From Octopus vulgaris (lineage: Eukaryota): DNA of 64,000 nucleotides. Both the position numbers and the translations under genes were made by a program. The stretch spans positions 77,066,001 to 77,130,000 of the forward strand of contig OX597821.1 of assembly GCA_951406725.2 (NCBI GenBank), given 5' to 3'. This document shows positions 12,919 through 24,521 of this stretch, in pieces; position 1 is the first letter of the stretch, and each line of letters opens with the position of its first letter. The notes under the pieces were generated by a model that was not told where the DNA came from, searched no databases, and was given only the letters and a program-made list of their open reading frames with translations.

Positions 12919-13014
12919 TCTATTGGCAAGAAATCTTGAAATAAACTGAATAATGACCTACATACATACATAAATAAATACATACATACATACATACATA
13001 CATACATACATACA

Positions 13015-13045
<31 letters not shown>

Positions 13046-13315
13046 GAATACGCAGATGTCAGCTGTTTTGAGCGAAAGGTATTCTGTGCGGCCCGGCCTC
13101 TGTGGTTTGTCTCGCTCATTAAAGGAACCGGGCGAAATCAAATACACAAACGAAAATAACAGAAGACATTCCAGACAAGTAAATTGTTGATTCCTGGACT
13201 TAATTTAAATATGTCTTTAAGATGATGACATGAGTCTAGCACAGCATGTTAAAGTCTCGGATGTTAGGATGGAGGGCATTAAAAGAAATGGAAGCTTCCA
13301 TAAATGGCCCACCGT

Positions 13316-13733
13316 TATCACCACCACCACCAACAACAACAATCATCCTCATCTTCTACCTCCTCCTCTTCCTCTTCCTTCTCCTACTCCACCTCGTCCT
13401 CCTCCTCATCATCATTATCCTCCTCCTGCCCCTACTCCTGCTGCTGCTGCTGCTGCCCCTTCTCCTCGTCGTAGTCGTCATCAGCACAGCTCATCCCTCC
13501 TCTTCTTCTTCTTCTCCCTCTTCTTCTGCCTCCACTTCTTCCTCCTCTTCTTCTTCCTCCACTTCTTCCTCTTCTTCTTCCACTTCTTCCTCTTCTTCCT
13601 CCACTTCTTCCTCCTCTTCCCCTTCCTCCTCTTCCCCTTCCTCCTCTTCCTCTTCCTTCACCTCTTCATTGTTATCATCTTCATCACCATTATCATTATC
13701 ATGTCTTCCTCCTTCTCTTCATCACCATCATTA
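13316..13733. repeat. pyrimidine-rich trinucleotide low-complexity tract (CAC/CCT/CTT/CAT)
   Basis: direct inspection. Confidence 0.9.
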
Positions 13734-13737
13734 TTCG

Positions 13738-13950
13738 TTTACTTGTTTCAGCTATTAGGTTGCGGCCATACTGGGGCACCACCTTGACGAATTCTTAGTC
13801 TAATGAATTGACTCCTGTACTTTTTTAAGCCTTGTACTTAACCCCTCGGTCTTTTGCCGAAAGGCAAAGTCACGGGTACGTAAACACACCAACACCGGTT
13901 ATCAAGCCTTGTTGGGAGACAAGCATAAACACACACACATACGCATACAC

Positions 13951-14025
<75 letters not shown>

Positions 14026-14187
14026 ACGGACTTCTTTTCAGTTTCCGTCTACCAAATGCACTCACAAGTCTTTGGTCAGCTCGTGGCTATAGCAGAAGAC
14101 ACTTACCTAAGGTGCCACGCAATGTGACTGAACCTGGAACCATGTGGTTGAGAAGCAAACCTTTTACCACACAGCCACGCCTGCGCC
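13738..14187 (-). mobile_element. SINE S1 with internal (TCTA)n
   Basis: reverse-complement S1 from tail to head. Confidence 0.8.
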
Positions 14188-14269
14188 TGTTTATTTCGGT
14201 TTTCTGTTTTGTCTTGTTTGTCACTAATATTGGCTTCAAATTTTGACAGAAGACCAGCAATGGCTTGTG

Positions 14270-15120
14270 AAGCTTTTACTTCATCTTCTCAAAACGACTA
14301 ACCCAAACCTATTCGGGCGTGCGTCCAACATGGCGCTCCAGTCGCCCACTAACATGGCTCTTTGTAGTTCCTCCATATCTTTGCTACGGGATGTGGAGGA
14401 ACCAGCGTCTGTGGAATCAGTCCCAGGGTGTGTGAGTGTGTTTGTGTTTGTCTGAGCGTTGCTGTGTGTGTATGTGTGTACTTGAGAGAGAGAGAGAGTA
14501 AGGCGGAGTGTTGGTTTGGGAGACAGCCATGGTGATTATCCCTATTGACTTTATGTGTGCTTCACCCGAAGGTGAGGCTTCATGTGTGGCATATTGTCTC
14601 TGTTGTTGAGTGTTTTGCTTGAGTGGTGAGAGTAGCTTCGTGCCTCCTGTCTTTTTGGAGCAGAAAGATCTGAGGTGGCTAGTGGGCCCACATATATCGA
14701 TTGCACTTAAGCTTTCTGCCTTCTACTATCATACGCAGATCGACCCCGTTGGGCGACTGAATAAAATTTGGGCTTTTTTCTGTTTTCAGGTTTTACAAGA
14801 AGCAGGATTTCTATTGTTATCCCGGACCAGTTCTCCTTGCTGTTCTATTTCATCTCTAGAAGTGACCCCGTGTCCTCTACAACGCAAGTAACAGACCACC
14901 AGACGTTCACGTCCAAAAGAACGTTCGATACTCTCATTCTAGATTCTTTTGGGGAGGTAGGTTGCATACAGGACCCACTCCTCCCTTCAGCAGGGTATTA
15001 CTGCATGTTTATGTGCGAGGCCCTCACTTTTCAAGAGGACCTCGATGACGGCATACTGTCTGCCTTTCTGTATATGGAACACATCTTCTAAGATGTCCTT
15101 CAGTGCCTCTTCCTCTTGAC
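14270..15120 (-). pseudogene. L1/Tx1-like LINE ORF1 remnant with CCHC zinc knuckle
   Basis: minus strand ...KGRQYAVIEVLL...WSGITIEILL...LRMIVEGRKLKC(frameshift)ICGPTSHLRSFC. Confidence 0.55.
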
Positions 15121-15163
15121 ATATAGCTGCTACTTCTGCTTGCCTGCTCTTGCAGGAGACACA

Positions 15164-15561
15164 TCTTTATATATAAAAGAGAGGTTGTGTGCTGTCTGTC
15201 TCCTACGATTTAGATTCCTAACTACTCCCACATTTTGCGGTGCAGTTTAACCAAAACCGGGTATCTTATAGTCGTGATTCATATCGAGCCCTTCTGGGTA
15301 TTAGCGCGCGTCTACGATGAGTCTACGATTTTAAAAACAATTTGCCATCAATTTTTCCCATTTTTAATGCACTTTTGGCATATATAAGGGAAGTAACTCT
15401 CTAAAAATTTATTATTAAATCTCAGAACGTAAAAAGCTACAGTAACACCTCCCCCCTTTGTGGTTAGCCATATTGAGATGGCTATTATACTTTACATCTC
15501 TAAAAATGCTTATATAGTTATTTCCCTTACAAACCCGAGCAACGCCGGGCGATACTGCTAG
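15164..15561 (+). mobile_element. non-autonomous Helitron
   Basis: A|TCTTTATATATAAAA 5' end, subterminal hairpin CCCGAGCAACGCCGGG, CTAG|T 3' end, no TSD; second copy at 25868. Confidence 0.85.
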
Positions 15562-16040
15562 TTTAAAATAAATAGTTTGTTCTTCCTTCATTTCCAAAAC
15601 TTCACTACCACACCACCAACACGGCCACCACCACGGCCATCACCACCACGACCACTGCCAACAACAACAGCAACACTACAAGGAAAGAAGAAAGCTTTTA
15701 GGCGAACACTCGACATACTAGAAATAGCTGTCAAATCTCAAAAAAATTACACTTTACAGACTTGAAAATGGACACTTCGATGATGTGCTGTTGAATTTCT
15801 TGTTCATAGGAAAGAGATAGGATGCTTAGGTCAGGAATGTATTTGATTGTATTTCTAATCGATCAGAGTTGACCTGAATCCAAACAGCAAACAATAAGAA
15901 CTACAGACTTTAATCACAAACGCAGTGCTTCTCGGTTAAGATACCAAACATCTGACATAGATGCAGATACGGTGATTGCTCCATCTTCACAGATGGTTGC
16001 CGTCTCGCTGGGCTTCCTCGTTCACAATGTGGTCAGTTTT

Positions 16041-16091
16041 ACAGTTCTATATTTAAGAGATGAGGAATTATGTACATTATTTACATTCGAC

Positions 16092-16173
<82 letters not shown>

Positions 16174-16499
16174 AAGAAGAAGAAGAAGAAGAAGAAGAAG
16201 AAGAAGAAGAAGAAGGAGGAGGAGGAGGAGGAGGAGAAGGAGGAGGAGAAGAAGAAGAAGAAGAAGAAGAAGAAGAAGAAGAAGAAGAAGAAGAAGAAGA
16301 AGAAGAAGAAGAAGAAGAAGAAGAAGAAGAAGAAGAAGAAGAAGAAGAAGAAGAAGGTCAAAAAATACCTAGGGAATGAGAAACCAGCCTCGAAATTTCT
16401 CCAAGACACCTGAAGAAGGCTGAAGGGTATATCAGCTGAAACGTTGTTTTAACAACAAACAAGATGAGGACAAATATCTGTCGAATGTAAATAATGTCA
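16041..16499 (+). mobile_element. hammerhead element family B, inverted-arm insertion
   Basis: inverted tail (16042-16092) + (AAT)n(AAG)n + HHR module; TSD TCAGTTTT at 16033-16040 and 16500-16507. Confidence 0.8.
16406..16449 (+). ncRNA. minimal type I hammerhead (family B)
   Basis: ACAC-CTGAAGA-AGGCTGA-agggtata-TCAGCT-GAAAC-GTT-GTTT. Confidence 0.75.
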
Positions 16500-17983
16500 T
16501 CAGTTTTGACCTTCCGTCTATGACCTCTCGGATGACTTTTCAGTCCCGCTGTAGATCTGCATGGTTGGGTAAGCGACAGACGAAAGCTGTAACTTTTTCT
16601 GGATTGATCGGATCACATTGTGGGATATGATATCCGTAGAAGCCATTTCGCTAACTACTCAAGTTGAATCACCTGCCCTAGAAGAAAGGCTGTAGCAGCC
16701 AGTTCTTTTATGGGACTTGATATGGTTGACATACCCAAACTTGATAAAAATTACAGTCTCACGTTTCAAACCCAACCTTCAGCAATTAATGTTTCCAATA
16801 AGGTTCTTATGACAGCCCCTCCGAAGCTTGCAGTTTTGGTTACCATGCTCAAAGGAACCCTCTTCAAAGGTTTTACAACCTTCCTTTATACGCTTCTGCC
16901 ATTCAGAGCTTTCCAAAGCTAATTCTTCTCAATTCTTTGCATTGACTTACAGTTTCCTCGGGTTGTCTTTTAGGCTGTCTTTGTATCTGTTTTGTGGTTA
17001 GTATTGAGTTTTCTTCCCAGTGCACAGCTCACAGTTGCACAGCTGGTTTAGAAACCTATTATCCTCCATCCATGCGTACGTACATGAATATATCAGAAAG
17101 AAAGCCACCAGCTAACACGCACATTACAAATACAGTCTGTACGCAGAACAATAACAATATGCAGGACTCTTCTCTACTTCAAAATGGGACATTGTTTTTG
17201 TTATCAACATTCCAACGATAGAGCTGTGTATCGTAGTTAGAAACCAGCTCTTTCCTTACAGGAAAACTTCATATAATTAAATATGCGTGAATGTATGAAC
17301 ACATGCGCGCATTTGAATGTGTGTTTATGTATGTGTGCATGTGTGTATTTGAGTGTGTGTGTTTGTGTGAATGTGCGTGTGTGTGTTTGCGTGTGTGTAT
17401 ACATATGTACGTGAAAACAATAAATATATTATAAATAAAATACTTTAAACAAGAAATAAAGAAAGGAACTTGAACAAGATGTAAGCAAATGAAATATTTC
17501 CTTCCAGGAATGACTGCTATGTGTCATGGCCGAATGATTCCCTTCTGGTCTTTGAAACGTTCCTCGTTTTCATCCTCTCTAATTATCCACAACACCGAAA
17601 CTTTCGCGTTGTGACGGTGTGTTTGCTTTTGTGGCAGGGGAGTGAGAGAAAGCCAGGGTGGAAGGGAAAGAGGGAGAAGAAAATCTAGAATCTTCCTGAG
17701 TACTTAACTGGTTTGTATCTTTATTTAACCTCCCAGAAAGCATGAAGTGGGAGTCGGCCACTCTAAAATTTCAATCTCGAGTGCGGAAAGCCGTTAGAAA
17801 TACCACAAACCAGACAGTCTGTTACATTCACGTTTCTATTAATTCGCCACCTTGCTTATAGAGGTCAATACATGAAGAATATATAACGTAAAGGTGGGAT
17901 GATGTAGGGGTGGAGTCCGTAAATTTTTATGTCTTGTATGGTATTAGATTGAATCAAAAGTTTTGCAATATTTTGGCAACTTA

Positions 17984-18488
17984 AGGCAGCGAGCTGGCAG
18001 AAACGTTAGCACGCCGGGCGAAATGCTTAGCGGTATTTCGTCTGCCGTTACGTTCTGAGTTCAAATTCCGCCGAGGTCGACTTTGCCTTTCATTCTTTCG
18101 GGGTCGATTAAATAAGTAGCAGTTACGCACTGGGGTCGATATTATCGACTTAATCCGTTTGTCTGTCCTTGTTTGTCCTCTCTGTTGTCCCTTGTGGATA
18201 GTAAAGAAATAGGTATTTCGCCTCCCGCAAAATTTTAAGCCTTGTGCCTAGAGTAGAAAAGAATATTTCGTTTATAAGGCGGCGAGCTGGCAGATTCGTT
18301 AGTACGCCGGGCGAAATGCTTAGCGGTATTTCGTCTGTCTATACGATCTGAGTTCAAATTCCGCCGAGGTCGATTTTGCCTTACATCCTTCTGGGTTCGA
18401 TAAATTAAGTACCAGTTGAGTTCTGGGTCGATCTAATCGACTTTTACCCTCCTCAAAAATTTCGGGCCTTGTGCCTAGAGTAGAAAAG
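17984..18488 (+). mobile_element. tandem pair of S2 SINEs (tRNA-derived head, Deu/Nin-like domain)
   Basis: GGCGGCGAGCTGGCAGAA..GAGTTCAAATTCC head; GCCTTTCATCCTTTCGGGGTCGATAAA..AGTACCAG domain; shared TSD AATATTTTGG(C/G)AACTTA at 17967-17983 and 18489-18505. Confidence 0.85.
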
Positions 18489-18611
18489 AATATTTTGGGA
18501 ACTTATTTACTTCAATCGTCAAGTTACAACAAAAGTAGCCTAGCATTCAAAGTAGGGGTCATCGTGTTACACTGTCCAAAGGTACCACTCTGTCAGTACT
18601 TTGCTCTTCTT

Positions 18612-19236
18612 GTTCAGCCAAATGAGACCGATATAATAACTTAGCGGTTCGCCAAATCAGATCGATAGAATAACTTAGCTGTTCGGCAAAGGAGATCGAT
18701 AGAAAAACTTAGCGGTTCGTCAAATGAGGTCGATATAATAACATAGCGGTTCGCCAAAAGATCGATATAATAACTTAGCGGTTCACCAAACGAGACGGAT
18801 ATAATAACTTAGCAGTTCGCCAAACGAGATCAATAGAATAATTTAGCGGTTCGGCAAAGGAGTGCGATAGAGTAACTAGCGGTTCTCCAAACGAGATCGA
18901 TACAATAACTTAGCTGTTCGCCAAATGATTTCGATAGAATAACTTAGCTAAGTTATTCTATCGATCTCGTTCGCCGAACTGCTAAGTTATTCTATCGACA
19001 CCATTTGGTGAACCACTAGGTTATTATATCGATCACTGTTGGCGAACCGCTGAGTTATTCTGTTGGTCTTATTTTGCGAACCGCTAAGTTATTCTATCGA
19101 TCACATTTTAGCGAACCGGTAAGTTGTTATATCGATCTCATTTGGGGAATCGCTAAGTTATTCTATCGATCTCGTTTGGCGAATGCTAAGTCATTATATC
19201 GATCGATTTTGGCGAACCGCTAATTTATTCTATCGA
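18612..19236. repeat. 34-bp minisatellite array that inverts at its centre
   Basis: about 10 units TTAGCGGTTCGCCAAACGAGATCGATAGAATAAC, then about 8 reverse-complement units; perfect 34-bp palindrome at 18931-18964. Confidence 0.95.
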
Positions 19237-19382
19237 ACATTTAATGTGGTTTTAGAGTCAGATTTTGGCTGCTATTTCCAGCGTGGTGGTATCTCTTAGA
19301 TACCCTAAATTATAATTCTAATAATAATTATTACCTTTGAAGGTTTTTTATTCCCATGCTGGCCGCTTGATAAGATCGATAT

Positions 19383-20585
19383 TTAAATTGCTTCTCGTTC
19401 ACGGGCGAGTTCTACCATCATGTCTCGGGAGTGGCCATGGGAACGCGAATGGGCCCCAACTATGCGAACCTGTTCGTTGGCTATGTTGAGGCCCAAATAT
19501 TCTCTAATTTCACTGGTCCCACTCCTGAACTATATGGTCGTTACATTGACGACATTATCGGTGCCACCTCACTCTCCCGTGAACATCTAGATTCCTTCCT
19601 CTCTTTTGTTCAATCTTTCCATCCAGCCCTCCACTTCACTTCCACTATCTCCTACACCTCTGTCTCCTTCCTCGACATTTCGGTTAGCATTCTTCACTCC
19701 ACTCTTACCACCTCCATTCACTACAAACACACAGACTCACACTCTTACCTCAACTTCTCTTCCTCCCACCCAGAACACACCAAGCCTTCCATCCCCTATT
19801 CCCAATTCCTTCGTCTACGTAGGCTCTGTAGTGACGACCATGACTTTGAGACTCAGTCTCAACGTATGGCTCACCACTTCATCCTACGTGGATACCCCCT
19901 CACCACTATCCACACCGCCCTTGCCAGAGCACGTTCCGTGGACCGTGTATCTGCTCTCTCTCCCCGAACCCGCCCTGTAGTCTCCCGCCTCCCTTTTCCC
20001 CTCACTTACCACCCCACGACCCTACGTCTCCAACGCACCATTCTTCGAGCTTTCCGTCATCTCCAGTCCGACCCGTCCACTTCACACCTCTTCCCTAACC
20101 GACCCCTCCCCTCTTTCAAACGAGCCCATAACCTTCGAGACCTTTTGGTCCATAGCTCCTTCCCTGACCCTACCTCCCAACCTGGCTCGTTCCCCTGCTC
20201 CCGCCCTCGTTGCCGCACTTGCCCTTACCTCTCCAACACCACCCTCCTCACTGGCACCCATCATCGACCCTTTCGCATCATCAACTCCTTTACCTGCACC
20301 TCCAGCAATATTATCTATTGCGTCTCTTGCTCTCTCTGCCATTCCCTGTACATCGGACAAACGGGACGCCGCTAGGCTGACCGGTTCGCGGAACACCTTC
20401 GTGACATCCACCTTGCGAACGACACACCGGTCTCACACCATTTCCGCTCCACCGGTCACTCCTTGCAACACCTGTCTGCGTTCGGTTTGTCCTTACACAG
20501 AGGCCATCCGGATTCCCGTTTGCGCCGTGAACAGGAATTAATCTTCTCTCTTCGCTCTTATATGCCATTTGGTCTCAACTCTCCC
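19383..20585 (+). pseudogene. PLE RT + GIY-YIG polyprotein remnant (one in-frame TAG at 20373-20375)
   Basis: GVAMGTRMGPNYANLF, RYIDD, FLD, YLNFSSSHP, SIPYSQFLRLRRLCS, RGYP, CSRPRCRTC, NIIYCVSCSLC..YIGQT, HF...H, GLN. Confidence 0.92.
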
Positions 20586-21320
20586 CCCTCCTCATCTAAC
20601 CTCCCCCTGACCCCTACTTCTCTTCAGTCCTTCATCCTTTCACCCCTACTCCTCTTCCCTTCTTCCCTCTTCCCCCTCCCTCTGCTCCCTCACTCCCCTT
20701 CTCTCTCTCCCACCCTCTCCCTCTATCCTCCCTCCTCCTCTCCCCTCCTCTTCTCCTCTCCTTCCTCCTCTCCCCTCCTCTTATCCTCTCCTTCCTCCTC
20801 TCCCCTCCTCTTATCCTCTCCTTCCTTCTCCCCCTCCTCTTCTCCTCTCCTTCCTTCTCCCCCCCTTTCCTTCTCCCCTCTTCTCCCCTTTCTTTCTCCC
20901 CCTCCCCCCTCCCCCCTCTTCTCCTCTCTCTACACTACACCATACGACTTTACACATCACATCATATATACATACACACGTCTAGACCTCTCATACGCAC
21001 TAATACCCCCTCTTCTCCTCTCTCTACACTACACCATACGACTTTACACATCACATCATATATACATACACACGTCTAGACCTTTCATACGCACTAATAC
21101 TCTCTCATACACACACACACACTCTTCTCATACACACACACACACACACTCTTATGTTTGAGCGGGGTCATTCAACCCTATTATCTCCCCTAATTTCGCT
21201 CTTGCGTCTCATGTTTGATCTTTGACTTCTGGCCGAAATCAGATCGCCATGTTGTTCCGCTAGCTTCCGCACGCATATTTTTTTTCTCTCCTTCTTTCTG
21301 TGTTTTTTTTTCTCTGTGTA

Positions 21321-21358
21321 TCTTTCTGTTGAAGAGCGTAGGCTCGAAACGTTAAAGA
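21321..21358 (+). ncRNA. minimal hammerhead variant (CUGUUGA core) in the Neptune pLTR
   Basis: TCTTT-CTGTTGA-AGAGC-gtag-GCTC-GAAAC-GTT-AAAGA; 5-bp stem I, 4-bp stem II, palindromic AACGTT stem III. Confidence 0.8.
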
Positions 21359-21791
21359 CTTGTTTCATTTATATTTCCTGAGCGCCATACTAATACAATT
21401 GTTTGTTTGTATTCCACCTGCCTTCGTCTTTTGTTTATTTCCGTAAACCTGCCTTCGTCTTTTGTCTATTTTCATAAAGCTTCCCGTTATATATATATAT
21501 ATAATCACATCACAAGTGGTAAGCGAATTATCAGCCGTAAACGCAAATTAATAAGATATATACATACAATATTAGATATGTACATATATACACAAGGGTA
21601 CTACATGAGTACCTATATCCCTAATGATTGAAATCAAAAAATACTTCTGTACCACCGAACAGTCACAAATCTATTACAGACAAGATAGGAAAAAAATATC
21701 AGTGAACAATAATAATGTCTTACCTCAAATGGGTAAGAACAAGTAAATGCTGGTGAACCTGGTACCGGTTTCAAATATATATATATATATA

Positions 21792-22135
21792 GTGGAGGCG
21801 CAATGGCCCAGTGGTTAGGGTAGGAGACTCACGGTTTCAATTCCCAGACCTGATGTTGTGATGTGTTTATTGAGCGAAAACGTCTAAAACCAAACGAGGC
21901 TCCGGCAGGGTGGTGGTGGCCAATCCTACTATACTCTTTCACCACAACTTTCTCTCACTCTTTCTTCCTGTTTCTGGTGTACCTGTATTTCAAATGGTCG
22001 GCCTTGTCACACTCTGCGTTACGCTGAATCTCCCCGAGAACTACGTGGAGTACTCAGTCTTGTGCACGCTAATTTCACGAGCAGGCTGTTTCGTTGATCG
22101 GATCAACTGGAACCCTCGTCGTCGTAACCGACGCA
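21792..22135 (+). mobile_element. tRNA-derived SINE family S3
   Basis: GGAGGCGCAATGGCCCAGTGGTTAGGG head; copies at 47046 and 63495. Confidence 0.85.
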
Positions 22136-22136
22136 C

Positions 22137-22178
<42 letters not shown>

Positions 22179-22182
22179 CAAT

Positions 22183-22485
22183 TGGCCCTCCGTCGGTTAC
22201 GATGACGAGTGTTCTAGTTGATCCAATCAACGAAAACCCTGCCTAGGCAGTTACCCGGATGCGTACCCTAAACATAGTTCTCAGGGAGACTAAGCAAGGT
22301 ACAGAATATGATAAGCCTGACCTTTTGATTTTACAGATACAACTCGTTTTTGCCAGCCGAGTGGACTGGCGGAACGTGACATAAAATGTTTGGTTCAAAG
22401 ACAAAACGCGCCTTAGGGAATCGAACTCACGACTCGACGATCGGGAGCCGAAAACCCTTACTTATTAATCCACGCGCCTTCACAC
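22183..22485 (-). mobile_element. tRNA-derived SINE family S4 (shares its 3' tail with S3)
   Basis: minus GTGTGAAGGCGCGTGG...GAGTTCGATTCCC head; tail ...CACTCGTCATCGTAACCGACGGAG. Confidence 0.7.
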
Positions 22486-23281
22486 GCAGTAGTTCGCACT
22501 TATAAAATCGTTGGCACATCTCACTAATCCGATGTCTGATTTATCTGAGAACAAGAGAGAGAGCGAGACTGATATTTAAACAAAATCTTCCTTATAAAAT
22601 AAGCACACCCGCTAAGTAGTGAACAGTGGGGTATCCGTAGCGGTCACGCGAAATGACTAAAGTCGACCCCCCAAGGAGCTGAAACGCAATGTGGTTCTTG
22701 TTGGCGAGAACAAACCAATGATATTTTTAAAAGTTGGGTCGGTCGCTCGGTCGGAGGAGGAGGAGGAGGCGGAGGAGGGAGAGCAGTGGTGGTGGTGGTG
22801 GTGGCGGGGGGGTCCCCGTATTTGTAGAAGAGTTCTAATAGCTAATATGAACTATTCTATTTTATTCACATCAGTAAATAAAGAACGACTCTTCGTACCA
22901 GCGCACGGATGGTCTAGCAATGGCTACCAGATGTCGCTGGTGTCTCTGATATGGTGGGATGAGCAGTGGTGAGAGAGAGAGAGAGAGGGAGAGAGAGAGA
23001 GAAGCACAACTGCAGAGGTAGGGGGTGGGGTCGAAGATGTGTGCATGTGTGTGTGTGTGCGTGTGTAGAAGGTTAGCGTAACATTGACAGAAGATAGGCG
23101 GGGTGGGGGTGGGGGGCGGGGGCGGACAGAGGAGCACACCTACACATTTATATAAACATACATACACAAACACAAGTACACACGCACACACTCATCCATG
23201 TTTACCTACACATACACACGCGCGCGCATACACACATACACATACAGACATATATATATATATATATATATATATAGATAG

Positions 23282-23338
<57 letters not shown>

Positions 23339-23674
23339 TAAAAGAAATAGACAGATAGAACACTTAACGTGTGTGTATGCGTGAATATACATTTGGAGCT
23401 GTGACTAAATATTTGCGTGTGCGTGTGTATTGCGTGTGCGTGCGTCTGTGTGCGTGTGTATGTGTGTACGTCTATTGTCTTTGTGTATGTGAGAGGGAGT
23501 GGAGAGATGACAGGCGAGAGGGAGAGAGAGAGAGGGGGGAGAACAGAGATGAAAGGCAAAACGTAAAACAATCTGAAACATAAAATGGGAAAGTCTTGTA
23601 TATATATGTTGTGAATCAATATGCATATGAGAAGACATGCATATCTATATGGGTGTATATATACATACATGCAT

Positions 23675-23710
<36 letters not shown>

Positions 23711-23916
23711 TATGTATATACTATGTATATATACACTATACATGTATGTATATTTACACTATACATGTATATATAAATACTATATATATATATGTATATA
23801 TACACTATACATATATATATATATATGTACACACACACACATCATTTATATATATATTTAAATGTATTTTTACAGCTATGTCTGTCAGTCTGTATGCATG
23901 TATTCGTGTGTGTGTG

Positions 23917-23978
<62 letters not shown>

Positions 23979-24344
23979 CATATGTATGTATGTATGTATG
24001 TATATAAGCAAGTACATCAGCATACTCTCATGTGTGCACGGCTGTACATCATTGCATGTGGTTTTGTGTATCTTTCAACCTACGAGTTACATGTGTTTGC
24101 ATCGTTTCAAATGTACACGCTGCAGGTTAAACTTCTGGAATGCATTACATGTTTTTCAAAGCGCTATTAATGGCCCTTGATTGTAATGTCTTAATTAGCC
24201 GTGTCCTTTCTGGGTTTGTGAAACCCAGCATCTCAAACCTCGTGCTGATGCAGTTACATAACCAAATGCCCCCAATAATAGCAGGTATAAATCTGAAGTT
24301 ATGCTCAGATTGTAGTATCTGCAGACTTAGTCATAGATGTAGTC

Positions 24345-24485
24345 TTTTGTTTGGCAAGAAGCTTGCTTCCCGACCACATGGTTCTGCGTTTATTCCCACT
24401 GCGTGGTACCTTGGGCAAGAGTCTTCTACTATAGCCTCGGGCCGACCAAAGCCTTGTGAGTGGAAACTAAAAGAAGCACGTCGTA
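24345..24485 (+). mobile_element. SINE S1 5' half
   Basis: GCTTGCTTCCCGACCACATGGTT...CCTTGGGCAAG...AAAGAAGC. Confidence 0.75.
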
Positions 24486-24521
24486 TATATATATATATAT
24501 ATATATATATTATGTATGCGC

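Larger units (their letters stand above)
15968..16980 (-). mobile_element. RTE-clade LINE 3' end with C2H2-finger remnants, interrupted at 16041-16499
   Basis: minus EELALESSEWQKRIKEGCKTFEE, KFGYVNHIKSH, PCRSTAGLKSHPRGH; the sequence continues past the insertion. Confidence 0.65.
19383..21490 (+). mobile_element. Penelope-like retroelement, Neptune-type, 5'-truncated
   Basis: RT-thumb-zinc linker-GIY-YIG ORF, pyrimidine-rich 3' UTR with a tandem duplication of about 95 bp (20914-21100), pLTR with HHR, ends in (TA)n. Confidence 0.92.

Noticed and set aside
13230-13787. Proline/serine-rich or membrane protein ORFs
   Set aside because: Low-complexity CCT/CTT tract running into a SINE
16060-16413. 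Poly-N/K/R/F ORFs, also at 26353-26707, 39982-40677, 41829-42209 and 42497-42786
   Set aside because: Trinucleotide arrays open in several frames on both strands
18612-19236. CRISPR-like array
   Set aside because: Units are contiguous with no unique spacers, derive from a SINE segment, and there are no cas genes in this eukaryotic context
20373-20375. Programmed read-through or selenocysteine in the PLE ORF
   Set aside because: The stop is TAG, not TGA, and the second copy has TTG (Leu) at this position, so it is a simple nonsense mutation
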